Source: Minisyncoccota bacterium (lineage in GTDB: Bacteria > Patescibacteriota > Minisyncoccia > Phycocordibacterales > UBA6065). From it: 64,000 nucleotides of DNA. The stretch covers positions 252,265 to 316,264 of the forward strand of contig DASZXC010000008.1 of NCBI GenBank assembly GCA_035546035.1, in the 5' to 3' direction. Made by a program: the position numbers and the translations under genes. The notes beneath the pieces are model-generated. The model made no database searches and was not told the DNA's origin. It saw nothing but the letters and a program-made list of their open reading frames with translations. Positions 42,491-52,259 of the stretch are shown here, one piece after another (within the stretch, counting starts at the first letter, position 1; each line of letters starts with the position of its first letter).

Positions 42491-43864
42491 ATGAAGATCA
42501 ACCGGTCTCCCTGGATTCACCAGCTCGACAAGACCCGTGCGGTGGAAAAGCTCCGTGCTGACATCGAAACCGATATCGCCATCGTGGGCGCGGGTATCGC
42601 GGGCATAGCGACCGCGTTCTTTGTCCTGAAACATACGGACAAGAAAGTCGCCATCATAGAAAAGAGCCGCATCGCGCACGGCGCTACGGGACATAATGCG
42701 GGGCAGATCGTGAGCTATTTCGAAAGGCCGTTTACCGAGCTTTGCGAAGAGTTCGGGCTCGATCTGGCAGCGGAAGGCCAGCGATCGATAGAGCTTGCCT
42801 GGGAGCTTTTTGACGAAATGTATACCGAAGCGGGGCTCCGCATCCCGTTCTCGCGCTTCATCGGATATGACGGCCTTTCGACATACGACCAGGTCCTGGG
42901 GCATCTAAAGAACGCTGTCCTGCGCGCGAAGACGGGCTTGCCGATACAGGAGATGTGGCTCTCCGATCGGACAGCGTTTGCCGCCAATATCCCGAAAGAA
43001 TATGCGGGCTTCTATAAATTAGTCCCGCAAGAGGATATCCAGACGGCGCTCGAGACCGAAAAGAGAGGCTTCGTGGCGGTGACGCTCCATCATAAGGGCG
43101 TGGTCAATTCGGCGCTTTTTTCCGAACATGTCGCGGCGTATATAAAGCAGAAATACCGCGACCGGGTCATCATATATGAAGAGACTCCTATATTGAAGGT
43201 CGTCTTGCATGACAAGGATGCTGTGCTCGATGCGGGCACGCATATGGTGACAGCCGATCACGTCGTCCTGTGCACGAACGGCTTCGAGAACCTGACTATC
43301 CAGAACAAGGCCGGCATGGCTATCGATACCAAGTTCCATCACCTGGTGAACGGCGTCGTGGGGCGTATGTCCGGCTATCTGGAGAAGATGAACAAGCCGC
43401 CGATGGCCGCGAGCTATTACGTTCCCCCTGAAGGCGGCTTCGCTAACATGGACGACCCGTATTTCTATATCACTCGCCGCGAATATGAATATGAAAAGGG
43501 CGCGGACCATAACCTGGTCTGCCTCGGCGGCCCCCAGCACGATATCCCTGACCGCGAAGAGTATCTATATGAATTCGACTATCCTGAAGAAGTCCAGGTC
43601 GAAGTAGACAAGTTCGTTCGCGACCTCTACGCCGTCGAGCCGAACCGCAAGATCGAATACCAGTTCACCTGGCACGGTCTCATGGGATATACGCCGAACC
43701 GCGTCCGATTGATTGGCGCAGAGCCGAAGAACCAAGTCCTGTTATATAACCTCGGCTGTAATGGCGTCGGCATATTGCCGTCTATATACGGAGGCAAGCG
43801 TATCGCCCGCATCCTTTCCGGCGACAAGGTCGAGAAGTCCATATTCGATCCGAAGGAGCCGTAG
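42491..43864 (+). CDS. FAD-dependent oxidoreductase (DAO family)
   Basis: Rossmann dinucleotide motif IAIVGAGIAGIATAF...VAIIEK, GATGHNAGQI. Confidence 0.8.
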   Translation: MKINRSPWIHQLDKTRAVEKLRADIETDIAIVGAGIAGIATAFFVLKHTDKKVAIIEKSRIAHGATGHNAGQIVSYFERPFTELCEEFGLDLAAEGQRSIELAWELFDEMYTEAGLRIPFSRFIGYDGLSTYDQVLGHLKNAVLRAKTGLPIQEMWLSDRTAFAANIPKEYAGFYKLVPQEDIQTALETEKRGFVAVTLHHKGVVNSALFSEHVAAYIKQKYRDRVIIYEETPILKVVLHDKDAVLDAGTHMVTADHVVLCTNGFENLTIQNKAGMAIDTKFHHLVNGVVGRMSGYLEKMNKPPMAASYYVPPEGGFANMDDPYFYITRREYEYEKGADHNLVCLGGPQHDIPDREEYLYEFDYPEEVQVEVDKFVRDLYAVEPNRKIEYQFTWHGLMGYTPNRVRLIGAEPKNQVLLYNLGCNGVGILPSIYGGKRIARILSGDKVEKSIFDPKEP

Positions 43865-43932
43865 GCGGATACAGAGGGCGGGGAAGAGGAAAGAAAAAGC
43901 GGCGCGCATGCACATGCGCGCCGCAGTCGCTT

Positions 43933-44523
43933 TCAAACGGCAACAGGTTCCTGGTTAAGGACGTCGTAGCTCACTTCCTCTAGATTTCCTGCGGGAATCC
44001 TGAAGGGAATGGGCTTGTCGGTGTCCCGGAACGGAAAGACCACGAGATCGGCGCCGTTCTCCCGTCTGATGAAGAGAAGGATGGTGCCGACTTCGAGGTA
44101 CTTGTCGTTGACCTTGGTCTTGTCCGACCATTTGATCTGCATGGGGACCAGCTCGATGAAGTGTCCCTCGTCGCTCGGGACAAGATGTCCGTCGCGGGGA
44201 GGGATGCGCCTCTTCGCCGTGATCCGTTCCGGCTTGCCGTCCGGGTGCTCGAGAAATCCGGTGATCTGCCCGCTCATGCCGGCGATCGTCGCGAATTGCC
44301 CGATCCTGAAAGGCCCGATGCCTTTTACGATCAGCGCTTTTCTTTTCACTCGATTCCTTACGTTTGAGGGTTTAGATGCAAAGAACAAATCGGAGAAGTC
44401 ATTCTCGCCTTTAAAAGCAGGGAGGTCAACTGTGGAAAAGTCTTTGATACAGGGCTGTAATAGGACACTATATTGACATAAGTAAATTAATATATTGTAA
44501 AGTTTTCCTACTCCCGCGATCAT
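43933..44523 (-). CDS. Hypothetical protein, start uncertain (possible small beta-barrel domain)
   Basis: C-terminal two-thirds GC-typical coding; N-terminal 80 codons fall in AT-rich promoter-like DNA so true start is probably internal (about 44277). Confidence 0.3.
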   Translation of the reverse strand: MIAGVGKLYNILIYLCQYSVLLQPCIKDFSTVDLPAFKGENDFSDLFFASKPSNVRNRVKRKALIVKGIGPFRIGQFATIAGMSGQITGFLEHPDGKPERITAKRRIPPRDGHLVPSDEGHFIELVPMQIKWSDKTKVNDKYLEVGTILLFIRRENGADLVVFPFRDTDKPIPFRIPAGNLEEVSYDVLNQEPVAV

Positions 44524-44743
44524 GCGGAGGACGGCTAAGCGCTGTTTCGGTCCAGATGTCTTTTATATTTCCAGGACGACAGACTAGGAACGGCTTTCAT
44601 AAAGGACATCGAATAGGGTATCGGAGCTCAGTTTGTCTTTTATGTGTCCTTTATAGCCAGCGCCGCTTGCGATCCGGCCCCACATTGAGCCATTTCTTTG
44701 ACATAGAGGCGTATTTGCCTAAGGTGGAGATAAGTCGCCCACG

Positions 44744-47700
44744 ATGCAAATCCTTCTGAAGCTTAGGAAATCTCACGTTAAAGCGCTTTCCGCAGCGCTC
44801 ATTTCTGCTGTCCTGGCGCAGCCTTTCATGGTGCTCATGCCGACCCAGGCGTATGCCGACAGCGCATCGGCGGGGCAGGTATACACATTCAGCAATCCCG
44901 GCACGACCAGTTGGAATATTCCGGTCAACGCTACCCAGATCCGCATCAAGGCGTGGGGCGGCGGCGGAGGCGGCGGTAACGGCGCGAAGACGGGCAACCA
45001 CAATATCTCGGGCTTCGGCGGCGGCGCGGGAGCGTATGCCTCGGCCGATTATTCCGTTTCAGCTCCGAACGACTCGCTTACGATCACGGTCGGCGCGGGT
45101 GGCACGGCATATCAGACCGGATCTATAGCCCTCGGCGGCTCGAATAGCGAGATCCGAACGTCGGGCGGCACCATCATCGCAGGCGCGGGCGGCGGCGGCG
45201 CGGGCGTCTCTGGCGTAGACGGCGGAACCCAGGGATCCGGCAGCGACGGCCAGTCGGGCCAAGGAACCGGCGGCGGGCTTCCGGGTACGACAAATAACGG
45301 CGCGGGTGGCCATGGCGGCACTGCATATGCAGGCGATGTATTCCTTAACGGCGGCGACGGAGGCCCTTATGCTTTCGATGGCGATAACCCCTACGCGTCT
45401 GACGGCGGGTCTTCTCCGTTCGGCGGCGCGGGCGGTTCGCGAGGACGCTGCGGACGCGACGGCGCATGCCCAGGCAGCCAGCCTGGAAGCTCATTGGCCC
45501 AGGACGGCGCATTTCCTGGCGGCGGCGGAGGCGGTTCCGATGTCGGCACCGGCGGCTATGGCGCGAACGGCCAGGTCACGATCGAGATCCTCTCGACGTC
45601 CGGTCCCGCAGACCAGGCTCCTATCGGTTTCCTCGATTCCGTATCGTGTTCGAGCATAAACGGCTGGACTCTCGATCCTGATACGCCGGCGATCTCGAAT
45701 ACCTATCACATCTATATGGACGGCCCTGCTGGTTCAGGAACGGTCATCGCCGGTCCTACGGCAAGCGACCCTCGCGGCGATGTGAACAATGCTACCGGCT
45801 ATGCGGGCGATCATGGATTCAGCTACCCAACTCCTGATGTTTTGAAGGACGGTGGAACTCATCAGATCTACGTCTACGGCATTAATACGGATACTATCGA
45901 TCTGAATCATACGAATACGCTTCTTAACAACAGCCCTATGACGCTTTCGGGCTGTACTCTGCCTAGTAATCCCGGCGGCGGCAATACCAATAACGGCCTC
46001 TCCGTCTCGATCAGCGCGACGCCTTCGAGCGTGACGATCCCGAACGGCGGATCGGCTCCGGTCTCTATAACCTCGACCGCTGCCTATACCTCGAATACCA
46101 TCACTCATCATGGCCTTGAGGTTCGTTTCAACGGCGGCGCATGGCAGAACGCGGGCGCATGGCCGATTCCTGTCGCGAACAGCGCGCAGGTCTCTGACGC
46201 GTCGTTCACCACGCTCGACCTGACCCAGGCGGGATCGTATGATTTCCGCGCATATGCTTCTGCCGACGGCGGGGCGAATTACGTATATTCCTCTATCCAA
46301 ACCGTATCGGCTACGACGGGCAACGGAGGCGGCGGTAATAATAGCCAGGGCGTAAGCGTCGACCTTTCCGTCGCTTCCTCGACCGTTTCGATCCCGAACG
46401 GCGGCTCCGTCCAGCTTTCTATGGTCTCGGCCGCGACGGTCACCGGCGGTACGGCTCTTACTCAGCATGGACTCGAAATGCGCCTCAACGGCGGCGCATG
46501 GATGAATGCGGGAGCATGGAACGGACTGGTCGCGAATGCGCCGCAAGCGACCGATGCGTCATTCTCGGCTCTCAATATCAATCAGCCTGGCGCCTATGAA
46601 TTCCGCGCATATGCATCGATCGACGGGACGAATTACGTCTATTCTTCGATCCAGCCTGTTTTAGCGGCCGGAGGTCCTGGTCCCGGCACGCCTCTTTCCG
46701 TATCCGTTTCCGTAAATCCGTCGTCTGTTTCCATTCCGAACGGCGGTTCCGTCGCGGTTTCCGTCACCTCGACCGCAAGCTATGGCGGCAGCTCTATCAC
46801 GCATCACGGGCTCGAGATAAGCTATAACGGCGGCGCATGGATGAATGCGGGAGCATGGCCGAATCCTGTTCCGAACGTTGCCCGAACCTCGGACGCTTCT
46901 TTTGTCGCCCTTAATTTGAGCCAGGTGGGCACCTATGATATCCGCGCCTATACGTCCACTGACGGCGGCGTTACCTATGTGTATTCTGCTCCGCAGACCG
47001 TAACGGCGACCGTCGGCGGCGGAGGTGGCAATAACGGCACGACGACGCTTTCGGTCACGATGACGGCGACCCCGACCGCGGTCATCATCCCTCCTTCGGG
47101 CGGCGGTGCCACCATTTCTATAACCTCGACGGCTAACGTCCCGTCAGGTGCTACCCTGACCCAGCATGGTTTGGAGATGAGCGTGAACGGCGGCGCATGG
47201 CAGAACGCGGGCGCATGGAATAATCCTCTTCCGAACACGGCCCGCATTACCGATGCGACGTTCCCTATGCTCACGCTCACGATCCCGGCCGTGTACACTT
47301 TCCGTGCATATGCTTCGACTGACAATGGCGCTACCTATGTCTATTCGCCGGTCCAGACGGTTTCCGCGGAACCTCTTTCCGTAGACATCTCCGTCAATCC
47401 GACATCTATCACGTTCACGTCGGCAGGACAGATTATTCCTGTTTCGATCACGTCGACCGCGACGTATACCGGCACGAACGGCGCTCTTTCGCACCACGGC
47501 CTCGAGATGCGCCTCAACGGCGGCGCATGGCAGAACGCGGGCGCATGGAACCCCGCGTTGCCGAACGTTCAGCGCTCGACCGACGCGTCGTTCACCGCGC
47601 TCGACCTGACCCAGGCGGGATCGTATGATTTCCGCGCATATGCTTCTGCCGACAACGGCGCTACCTATGTATACTCTCCGACCCAGACCGTGACGGCGAC

Positions 47701-48751
47701 TTCGACTGTCAATAACGGCGGTAACAACGGCGGCGGCAATACGGGCGGCGGGGGAGGCTCGTCTGGCGGCGGCTCGGTAGGTACCGGCGGCGGTACCGGT
47801 CCTAATGGCGCGTGTATCGGCAACTGCCCTCCTACCTCTAATGTAAGGATGGTCTCTTCAGGCGGCGGCGTTATCCCGGGCGATATCTGGATCCTCATCG
47901 ATTCGGTAAAGGCAGCTCCTGCGTCAGGTCCGACCGCTCCCGAGCTCGTCTGCCCGTCGGTCAATCTCATAACCAAGTTCCTCAAGGCGGGGACGCAGAA
48001 CGATCCTAACGAGGTCCGAAAGCTCCAGTATTTCCTCAATACCTATGAAAATGCCGGCCTTAACGTAGACGGCGTATTCGACGCGGCGACGGAAGCCGCG
48101 GTAAAGGCGTTCCAGAACAAATATGCCGATGAGGTATTGGCTCCGTGGGGCGCTAATACGGCGGCTACGGGCATCGTATATATAACGACGGCGCGCAAGA
48201 TCAATCTCGTATTCTGCGCCGATCATCCGAATTATGACGGCAGCGACGTAAAGGACATCATTGATAATAATGTCCTTAATAATCCGACGCCTGACAATTC
48301 AGGCGAATTCCAGGGCGTCATAGGCCAGGCTACGACCTCGCCTAACATAGCGGGCGTATTTGGCGCCTTTACAGGCCGTCTTATGGATATCCTGCGCAGC
48401 CTTCATCTCTATCCGCTGCTGGTACTCCTTCTCCTTCTTCTTGGAATGGCCTTTATTTTGCAAGGGACCTTTATAAAGGACATCAACTCCTTGAAAGCCT
48501 TGGCTGCCTTCATGCGCGGCATAGCCATCCTTGCCGTAGGCTCTGTCCTTAATGTCCTTAATACATTGTCCTTTATGCTCAATCCTGCATGGCTTGCGCA
48601 GAAGACGGGGCTTACGCTCGCATGGGTGCTGGCGCTCGACGTAGCGAATGCTCTCGCCGTAGTCGCGGTCTGTATCGCTATCCTCCTCGCTCTCTATAGC
48701 AGAATCGTGGAGCTCGAAAAGAACGCTTCGGATATTCCGATCAATAAATAG
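44744..48751 (+). CDS. 1335-aa surface protein: signal peptide, Gly-rich N-domain, seven tandem repeats of about 115 aa, peptidoglycan-binding-like domain, C-terminal TM helices
   Basis: Signal MQILLKLRKSHVKALSAALISAVLAQPFMVLMPTQAYA; repeats containing HHGLE(M/V)R.NGGAW(Q/M)NAGAW; PG_binding_1-like VRKLQYFLNTYENAGLNVDGVFDAATEAAVKAFQ; three C-terminal hydrophobic helices. Confidence 0.7.
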   Translation: MQILLKLRKSHVKALSAALISAVLAQPFMVLMPTQAYADSASAGQVYTFSNPGTTSWNIPVNATQIRIKAWGGGGGGGNGAKTGNHNISGFGGGAGAYASADYSVSAPNDSLTITVGAGGTAYQTGSIALGGSNSEIRTSGGTIIAGAGGGGAGVSGVDGGTQGSGSDGQSGQGTGGGLPGTTNNGAGGHGGTAYAGDVFLNGGDGGPYAFDGDNPYASDGGSSPFGGAGGSRGRCGRDGACPGSQPGSSLAQDGAFPGGGGGGSDVGTGGYGANGQVTIEILSTSGPADQAPIGFLDSVSCSSINGWTLDPDTPAISNTYHIYMDGPAGSGTVIAGPTASDPRGDVNNATGYAGDHGFSYPTPDVLKDGGTHQIYVYGINTDTIDLNHTNTLLNNSPMTLSGCTLPSNPGGGNTNNGLSVSISATPSSVTIPNGGSAPVSITSTAAYTSNTITHHGLEVRFNGGAWQNAGAWPIPVANSAQVSDASFTTLDLTQAGSYDFRAYASADGGANYVYSSIQTVSATTGNGGGGNNSQGVSVDLSVASSTVSIPNGGSVQLSMVSAATVTGGTALTQHGLEMRLNGGAWMNAGAWNGLVANAPQATDASFSALNINQPGAYEFRAYASIDGTNYVYSSIQPVLAAGGPGPGTPLSVSVSVNPSSVSIPNGGSVAVSVTSTASYGGSSITHHGLEISYNGGAWMNAGAWPNPVPNVARTSDASFVALNLSQVGTYDIRAYTSTDGGVTYVYSAPQTVTATVGGGGGNNGTTTLSVTMTATPTAVIIPPSGGGATISITSTANVPSGATLTQHGLEMSVNGGAWQNAGAWNNPLPNTARITDATFPMLTLTIPAVYTFRAYASTDNGATYVYSPVQTVSAEPLSVDISVNPTSITFTSAGQIIPVSITSTATYTGTNGALSHHGLEMRLNGGAWQNAGAWNPALPNVQRSTDASFTALDLTQAGSYDFRAYASADNGATYVYSPTQTVTATSTVNNGGNNGGGNTGGGGGSSGGGSVGTGGGTGPNGACIGNCPPTSNVRMVSSGGGVIPGDIWILIDSVKAAPASGPTAPELVCPSVNLITKFLKAGTQNDPNEVRKLQYFLNTYENAGLNVDGVFDAATEAAVKAFQNKYADEVLAPWGANTAATGIVYITTARKINLVFCADHPNYDGSDVKDIIDNNVLNNPTPDNSGEFQGVIGQATTSPNIAGVFGAFTGRLMDILRSLHLYPLLVLLLLLLGMAFILQGTFIKDINSLKALAAFMRGIAILAVGSVLNVLNTLSFMLNPAWLAQKTGLTLAWVLALDVANALAVVAVCIAILLALYSRIVELEKNASDIPINK

Positions 48752-48801
48752 TCAGATATCGGCTCGCGGTCGCAAGGGTCGGACTTTGATATAATTCGCA
48801 T

Positions 48802-49176
48802 ATGAGCAAATACACATCGTGGATCATTATCGGCATAGCGGTAGTTCTCATCATTGGCGGCATAGTTTGGTACGGCGATCAGCCAGGTCAGTACGATCAG
48901 TTCGCGACCTGCATAAAAGACAGCGGCGCGACGTTCTTCGGCGCGTTCTGGTGCCCTCATTGCCAGGAGCAGAAGTCGCTTTTCGGCAAATCGTGGAAGA
49001 AGCTCCCGTACGTCGAATGCTCGACGCCTGACGGCCAGGGGCAGACCGAGATCTGCAAGACCAATAACATAGAGAGCTATCCGACCTGGCAGTGGAAGTC
49101 GGGTGACCGAAAGACGGGCGTGCTTACGTTCGATGAGCTCTCGCAATTCACCGGCTGTCCGGCCATAAAGGGATAA
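48802..49176 (+). CDS. Membrane-anchored thioredoxin-fold thiol-disulfide oxidoreductase (CPHC active site)
   Basis: N-terminal TM, WCPHCQEQK redox motif; extended -10 TGaTATAAT 6 nt upstream of ATG. Confidence 0.7.
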   Translation: MSKYTSWIIIGIAVVLIIGGIVWYGDQPGQYDQFATCIKDSGATFFGAFWCPHCQEQKSLFGKSWKKLPYVECSTPDGQGQTEICKTNNIESYPTWQWKSGDRKTGVLTFDELSQFTGCPAIKG

Positions 49177-49181
49177 ATAGC

Positions 49182-49724
49182 ATGCTTGCAACCATCGTAA
49201 ATCCGATCTGGGGAGCTCTATCCGTCGTCGCACTCATACTCTCTGCGCTCCTTCTCGCCGCACGCTTTTCTCCGGCGCTCCGACAAAGCTCGTTCGGCCG
49301 ATTCTTCGCGGATAAAGGGCTCTTGGTCGCATTCGTCGTGTCGCTCCTCGCCACGGCAGGAAGCCTCATATATTCAGACGTGATCGGCTATGAGCCGTGC
49401 AAGCTCTGCTGGTTCCAGCGCATATTCATGTATCCGCAGGTCATCCTTATGGGCATAGCGCTCTGGAAAAAGCATGACTGGATGAAGACATACGGCCTCG
49501 CGCTCTCGTGCATAGGAGCGGCGATCGCCCTCTATCACATATCGGGGCAGTACGGCCTCGCGCCTCTGCCGTGCGCCGCCGTCGGGCAGTCGGTATCGTG
49601 CGCAAAGGAATTCGTCCGCACGTTCGGATTCATAACCATTCCGGCCATGTCCTTCTCAGCATTCTCCCTTATCGCGACGACGCTCTGGCTTTCCATACCA
49701 TGGTCCACTCCATCGCGTACATAA
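49182..49724 (+). CDS. Disulfide bond formation protein B (DsbB/BdbC family)
   Basis: Four TM helices, CKLCWFQR first Cys pair, second Cys pair CAAVGQSVSC in periplasmic loop. Confidence 0.8.
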   Translation: MLATIVNPIWGALSVVALILSALLLAARFSPALRQSSFGRFFADKGLLVAFVVSLLATAGSLIYSDVIGYEPCKLCWFQRIFMYPQVILMGIALWKKHDWMKTYGLALSCIGAAIALYHISGQYGLAPLPCAAVGQSVSCAKEFVRTFGFITIPAMSFSAFSLIATTLWLSIPWSTPSRT

Positions 49725-50197
49725 CGGCTCTGGTACTCCTCGCTCCGGCGATCCTAATGGCATTCGTGCCGATGCTTCCGGCGCTTACCTATATGTTTGT
49801 GGTGGCGCTCGCATTCGGCGTCATTGACCGATTCACGGCGCTTTCCGGCATGGATGTGCTGATACTCCTGTGCATCAGCCTGACATCGATCGTTATCGAC
49901 CATACGTCAGGCCTTTTGGGCGCTAAATACGGCGGCGCGCATACGAAATCGCTCCTCTGGGGAATGCTTGGCGCGTTCGCAGGGCTCTTTATCTTTCCCG
50001 CATTCGGGAGCTTTATCGGACTCTTTTGCGGCGTATTGATCGCAGAGCTCTATTTCCGCCGAAAGCATGAAGATAGGGGAGGAAAGGCTCTCAAAGCCGC
50101 GGGAAGCGCCCTGTTGGGCACGGCGGTCGGCGTCGCCGTGAACGTGGCGCTTTCGATCGTCTTCCTTATCCTTTTTACCGTTTTCGCCCTCAATTAA
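49700..50197 (+). CDS. DUF456-like membrane protein
   Basis: Four TM helices, Gly-rich helices (GLLGAKYGG, GAFAGLFIFPAFGSFIGLF); start at ATG 49700 (the longer track ORF begins with GTG 49508 inside dsbB). Confidence 0.55.
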   Translation: MVHSIAYITALVLLAPAILMAFVPMLPALTYMFVVALAFGVIDRFTALSGMDVLILLCISLTSIVIDHTSGLLGAKYGGAHTKSLLWGMLGAFAGLFIFPAFGSFIGLFCGVLIAELYFRRKHEDRGGKALKAAGSALLGTAVGVAVNVALSIVFLILFTVFALN

Positions 50198-50680
50198 ATG
50201 TCTAACGGAACGAAAATAGCCATAGCGGCGCTCATAATCCTTCTCGGAATCTATGCATTCTTTGCACTCGATATTCCTTACAGGTCTTCTGACGAAGCGT
50301 CTTCGACTCCGATTACAGGCGGGACGAATTCGGCTGCCCAAAGCGACCTGCCATTCCTGACGTCGCCGGCTTCGGGCGCGGCTATATCGTCTCCGGTCCA
50401 TATGACGGGCGAAGCCCGCGGCAATTGGTACTTCGAAGCATCGTTCCCGATCGAAATCGTTTCGGCGAACGGCACGGTCCTCGGCACCGGGCATTCCAAT
50501 GCGACGAGCGACTGGATGACGGCCAATTTCGTTCCGTTCACCGCCGATATCTCGTTCAACGCAGGCTCGTCATCGGCCGGATTCATCAGGATCAAGAACG
50601 ACAATCCGTCGGGCGATCCCGCTCGCGACAAGCATTTCGATATCCCCGTTATGTTCGCCACATCGTCGAAGGTCAGATAA
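50198..50680 (+). CDS. Gmad2 immunoglobulin-like domain secreted protein
   Basis: N-terminal TM/signal; GEARGNWYFEASFPIEIVSANGTVLGTG...WMTANFVPF pattern of Gmad2 domain. Confidence 0.55.
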   Translation: MSNGTKIAIAALIILLGIYAFFALDIPYRSSDEASSTPITGGTNSAAQSDLPFLTSPASGAAISSPVHMTGEARGNWYFEASFPIEIVSANGTVLGTGHSNATSDWMTANFVPFTADISFNAGSSSAGFIRIKNDNPSGDPARDKHFDIPVMFATSSKVR

Positions 50681-50689
50681 TATAAAGAT

Positions 50690-50995
50690 ATGTCATCGCT
50701 TATCCACGCCGATATCTTCTTTTTCATCTCGACGATCGCGCTCGTGCTCATATCTATCGGCATATGCATCACGCTCGTCTATGTCATCGCTATCCTCAAA
50801 AACGTCCGGGAAATGACCGATAAGGGCAAGGAAGAATGGGACGAGATCGTTTCGGACTCAAAAAAGCTCCGCTTGGCGCTCCGCGACGAAGGCATGAAAT
50901 GGAAACATGTCGTAGACCTCGTGCGTACCTTCTTTGTGAGGGACTCCGAAAAGCGATCCGTCAAAGCGGTCAAACACAAGGCGGTCAATAAATAA
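50690..50995 (+). CDS. Small membrane-anchored hypothetical protein
   Basis: Single N-terminal TM then charged helical region. Confidence 0.4.
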   Translation: MSSLIHADIFFFISTIALVLISIGICITLVYVIAILKNVREMTDKGKEEWDEIVSDSKKLRLALRDEGMKWKHVVDLVRTFFVRDSEKRSVKAVKHKAVNK

Positions 50996-51003
50996 CTATA
51001 TAT

Positions 51004-51423
51004 ATGGCAGATCATAAAAATGGCGCCACAGGCGCTATCATCGCGGGCATTGCGGGACTGACGGCTGCGGCGGTCGGGGCATATTATCTGTACGGCCACG
51101 AAGACGCCGCTAAAAACCGGGCCAAGGTCAAAAGCTGGATGCTCAAAGCCAAAGGCGAAGTCCTCGACGAGCTCGAGAGCGTTCGAGATGTCACTGAATC
51201 GGCATATATGAGCGCCGTTGACGTCGTGGCGCAGAAATATCGCGAGCTCAAGAATATAGATCAGGACGAATTGGCCGCTTTCATAACCGAGATGAAGGGC
51301 CATTGGCAGGGTATTCGAAAGACCTTTGAATCGCACGCTTCGCCTTTGTCCGCAAAGAAAAGCGCCAAGGCCGTTGCAAAGCCGTCCGGCAGGAAAGCTC
51401 CCCGAACTCCGAGGAAGAAATAG
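51004..51423 (+). CDS. YtxH-like hypothetical protein with Lys-rich tail
   Basis: N-terminal Gly/Ala helix (GAIIAGIAGLTAAAVGAYYL), C-terminal basic tail. Confidence 0.4.
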   Translation: MADHKNGATGAIIAGIAGLTAAAVGAYYLYGHEDAAKNRAKVKSWMLKAKGEVLDELESVRDVTESAYMSAVDVVAQKYRELKNIDQDELAAFITEMKGHWQGIRKTFESHASPLSAKKSAKAVAKPSGRKAPRTPRKK

Positions 51424-51443
51424 CGGCGTGCTATCATATTCTC

Positions 51444-52202
51444 ATGAAGACATCGTGGGGAGGCGTCGCTGATTGGTATGACAAGGTAGTGAACGACGAG
51501 GACTCATACCAGTCCCAGGTCGTCTTGCCATACATTTTGCGCCTCATAACCCCAAAGAGGGGCGACAATATATTGGATCTTGCCTGCGGGCAGGGATTTT
51601 TTTCGCATGCGCTTGCCGCTGAAGGCGCTCGGGTGACGGGCGTAGATATCGCCCCGGAGCTCATCGATATCGCGCGAACCCACGCGATGCATAATCAGGA
51701 GTTTTTCGTGTCTTCCGCGGACGATCTGCGCGCGTTCAGAGATAAAAGCTTCGATGCCGCGCTGTGCATCCTGGCCATTCAGAACATAGAGAGCATGGGC
51801 AAGGCGTTCAAAGAGGTCGCGCGCGTTTTGAAGACGGGAGGGAAGTTCGTCCTGGTCTTGAATCACCCGGCATTTCGCATACCGAATAAGAGCTCATGGG
51901 GTTTCGATGAAAAGACGAATAGCCAGTACCGCCGCGTCGATGAATACGTATCCGAAAGCCGTTCCGCCATAGACATGCATCCAGGGCAGGACGCAGAGGG
52001 TAAAAAAGAGCTTACCTATTCATTCCACAGGCCGATCCAGGGATATTCGAAGGCGCTCGCCAATGCGGGCTTTGTCATAGCGAGGATAGAAGAGTGGATG
52101 TCGCATAAAGAGAGCGAAAAAGGGCCGCGAAAACAGGCAGAAGATAAGGCGCGCAAGGAGTTTCCAATGTTCATGTGCATTGAATGTGTGAAAAGTTATT
52201 AA
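51444..52202 (+). CDS. Class I SAM-dependent methyltransferase
   Basis: Motif I ILDLACGQGFFS, motif post-I VTGVDIAPEL, motif II FDAALC. Confidence 0.8.
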   Translation: MKTSWGGVADWYDKVVNDEDSYQSQVVLPYILRLITPKRGDNILDLACGQGFFSHALAAEGARVTGVDIAPELIDIARTHAMHNQEFFVSSADDLRAFRDKSFDAALCILAIQNIESMGKAFKEVARVLKTGGKFVLVLNHPAFRIPNKSSWGFDEKTNSQYRRVDEYVSESRSAIDMHPGQDAEGKKELTYSFHRPIQGYSKALANAGFVIARIEEWMSHKESEKGPRKQAEDKARKEFPMFMCIECVKSY

Positions 52203-52259
52203 AAAATCTTCATTTTTTCTTCAGGTCGGCTTGCTATACTGAAGCCATATAAAAAAGCC

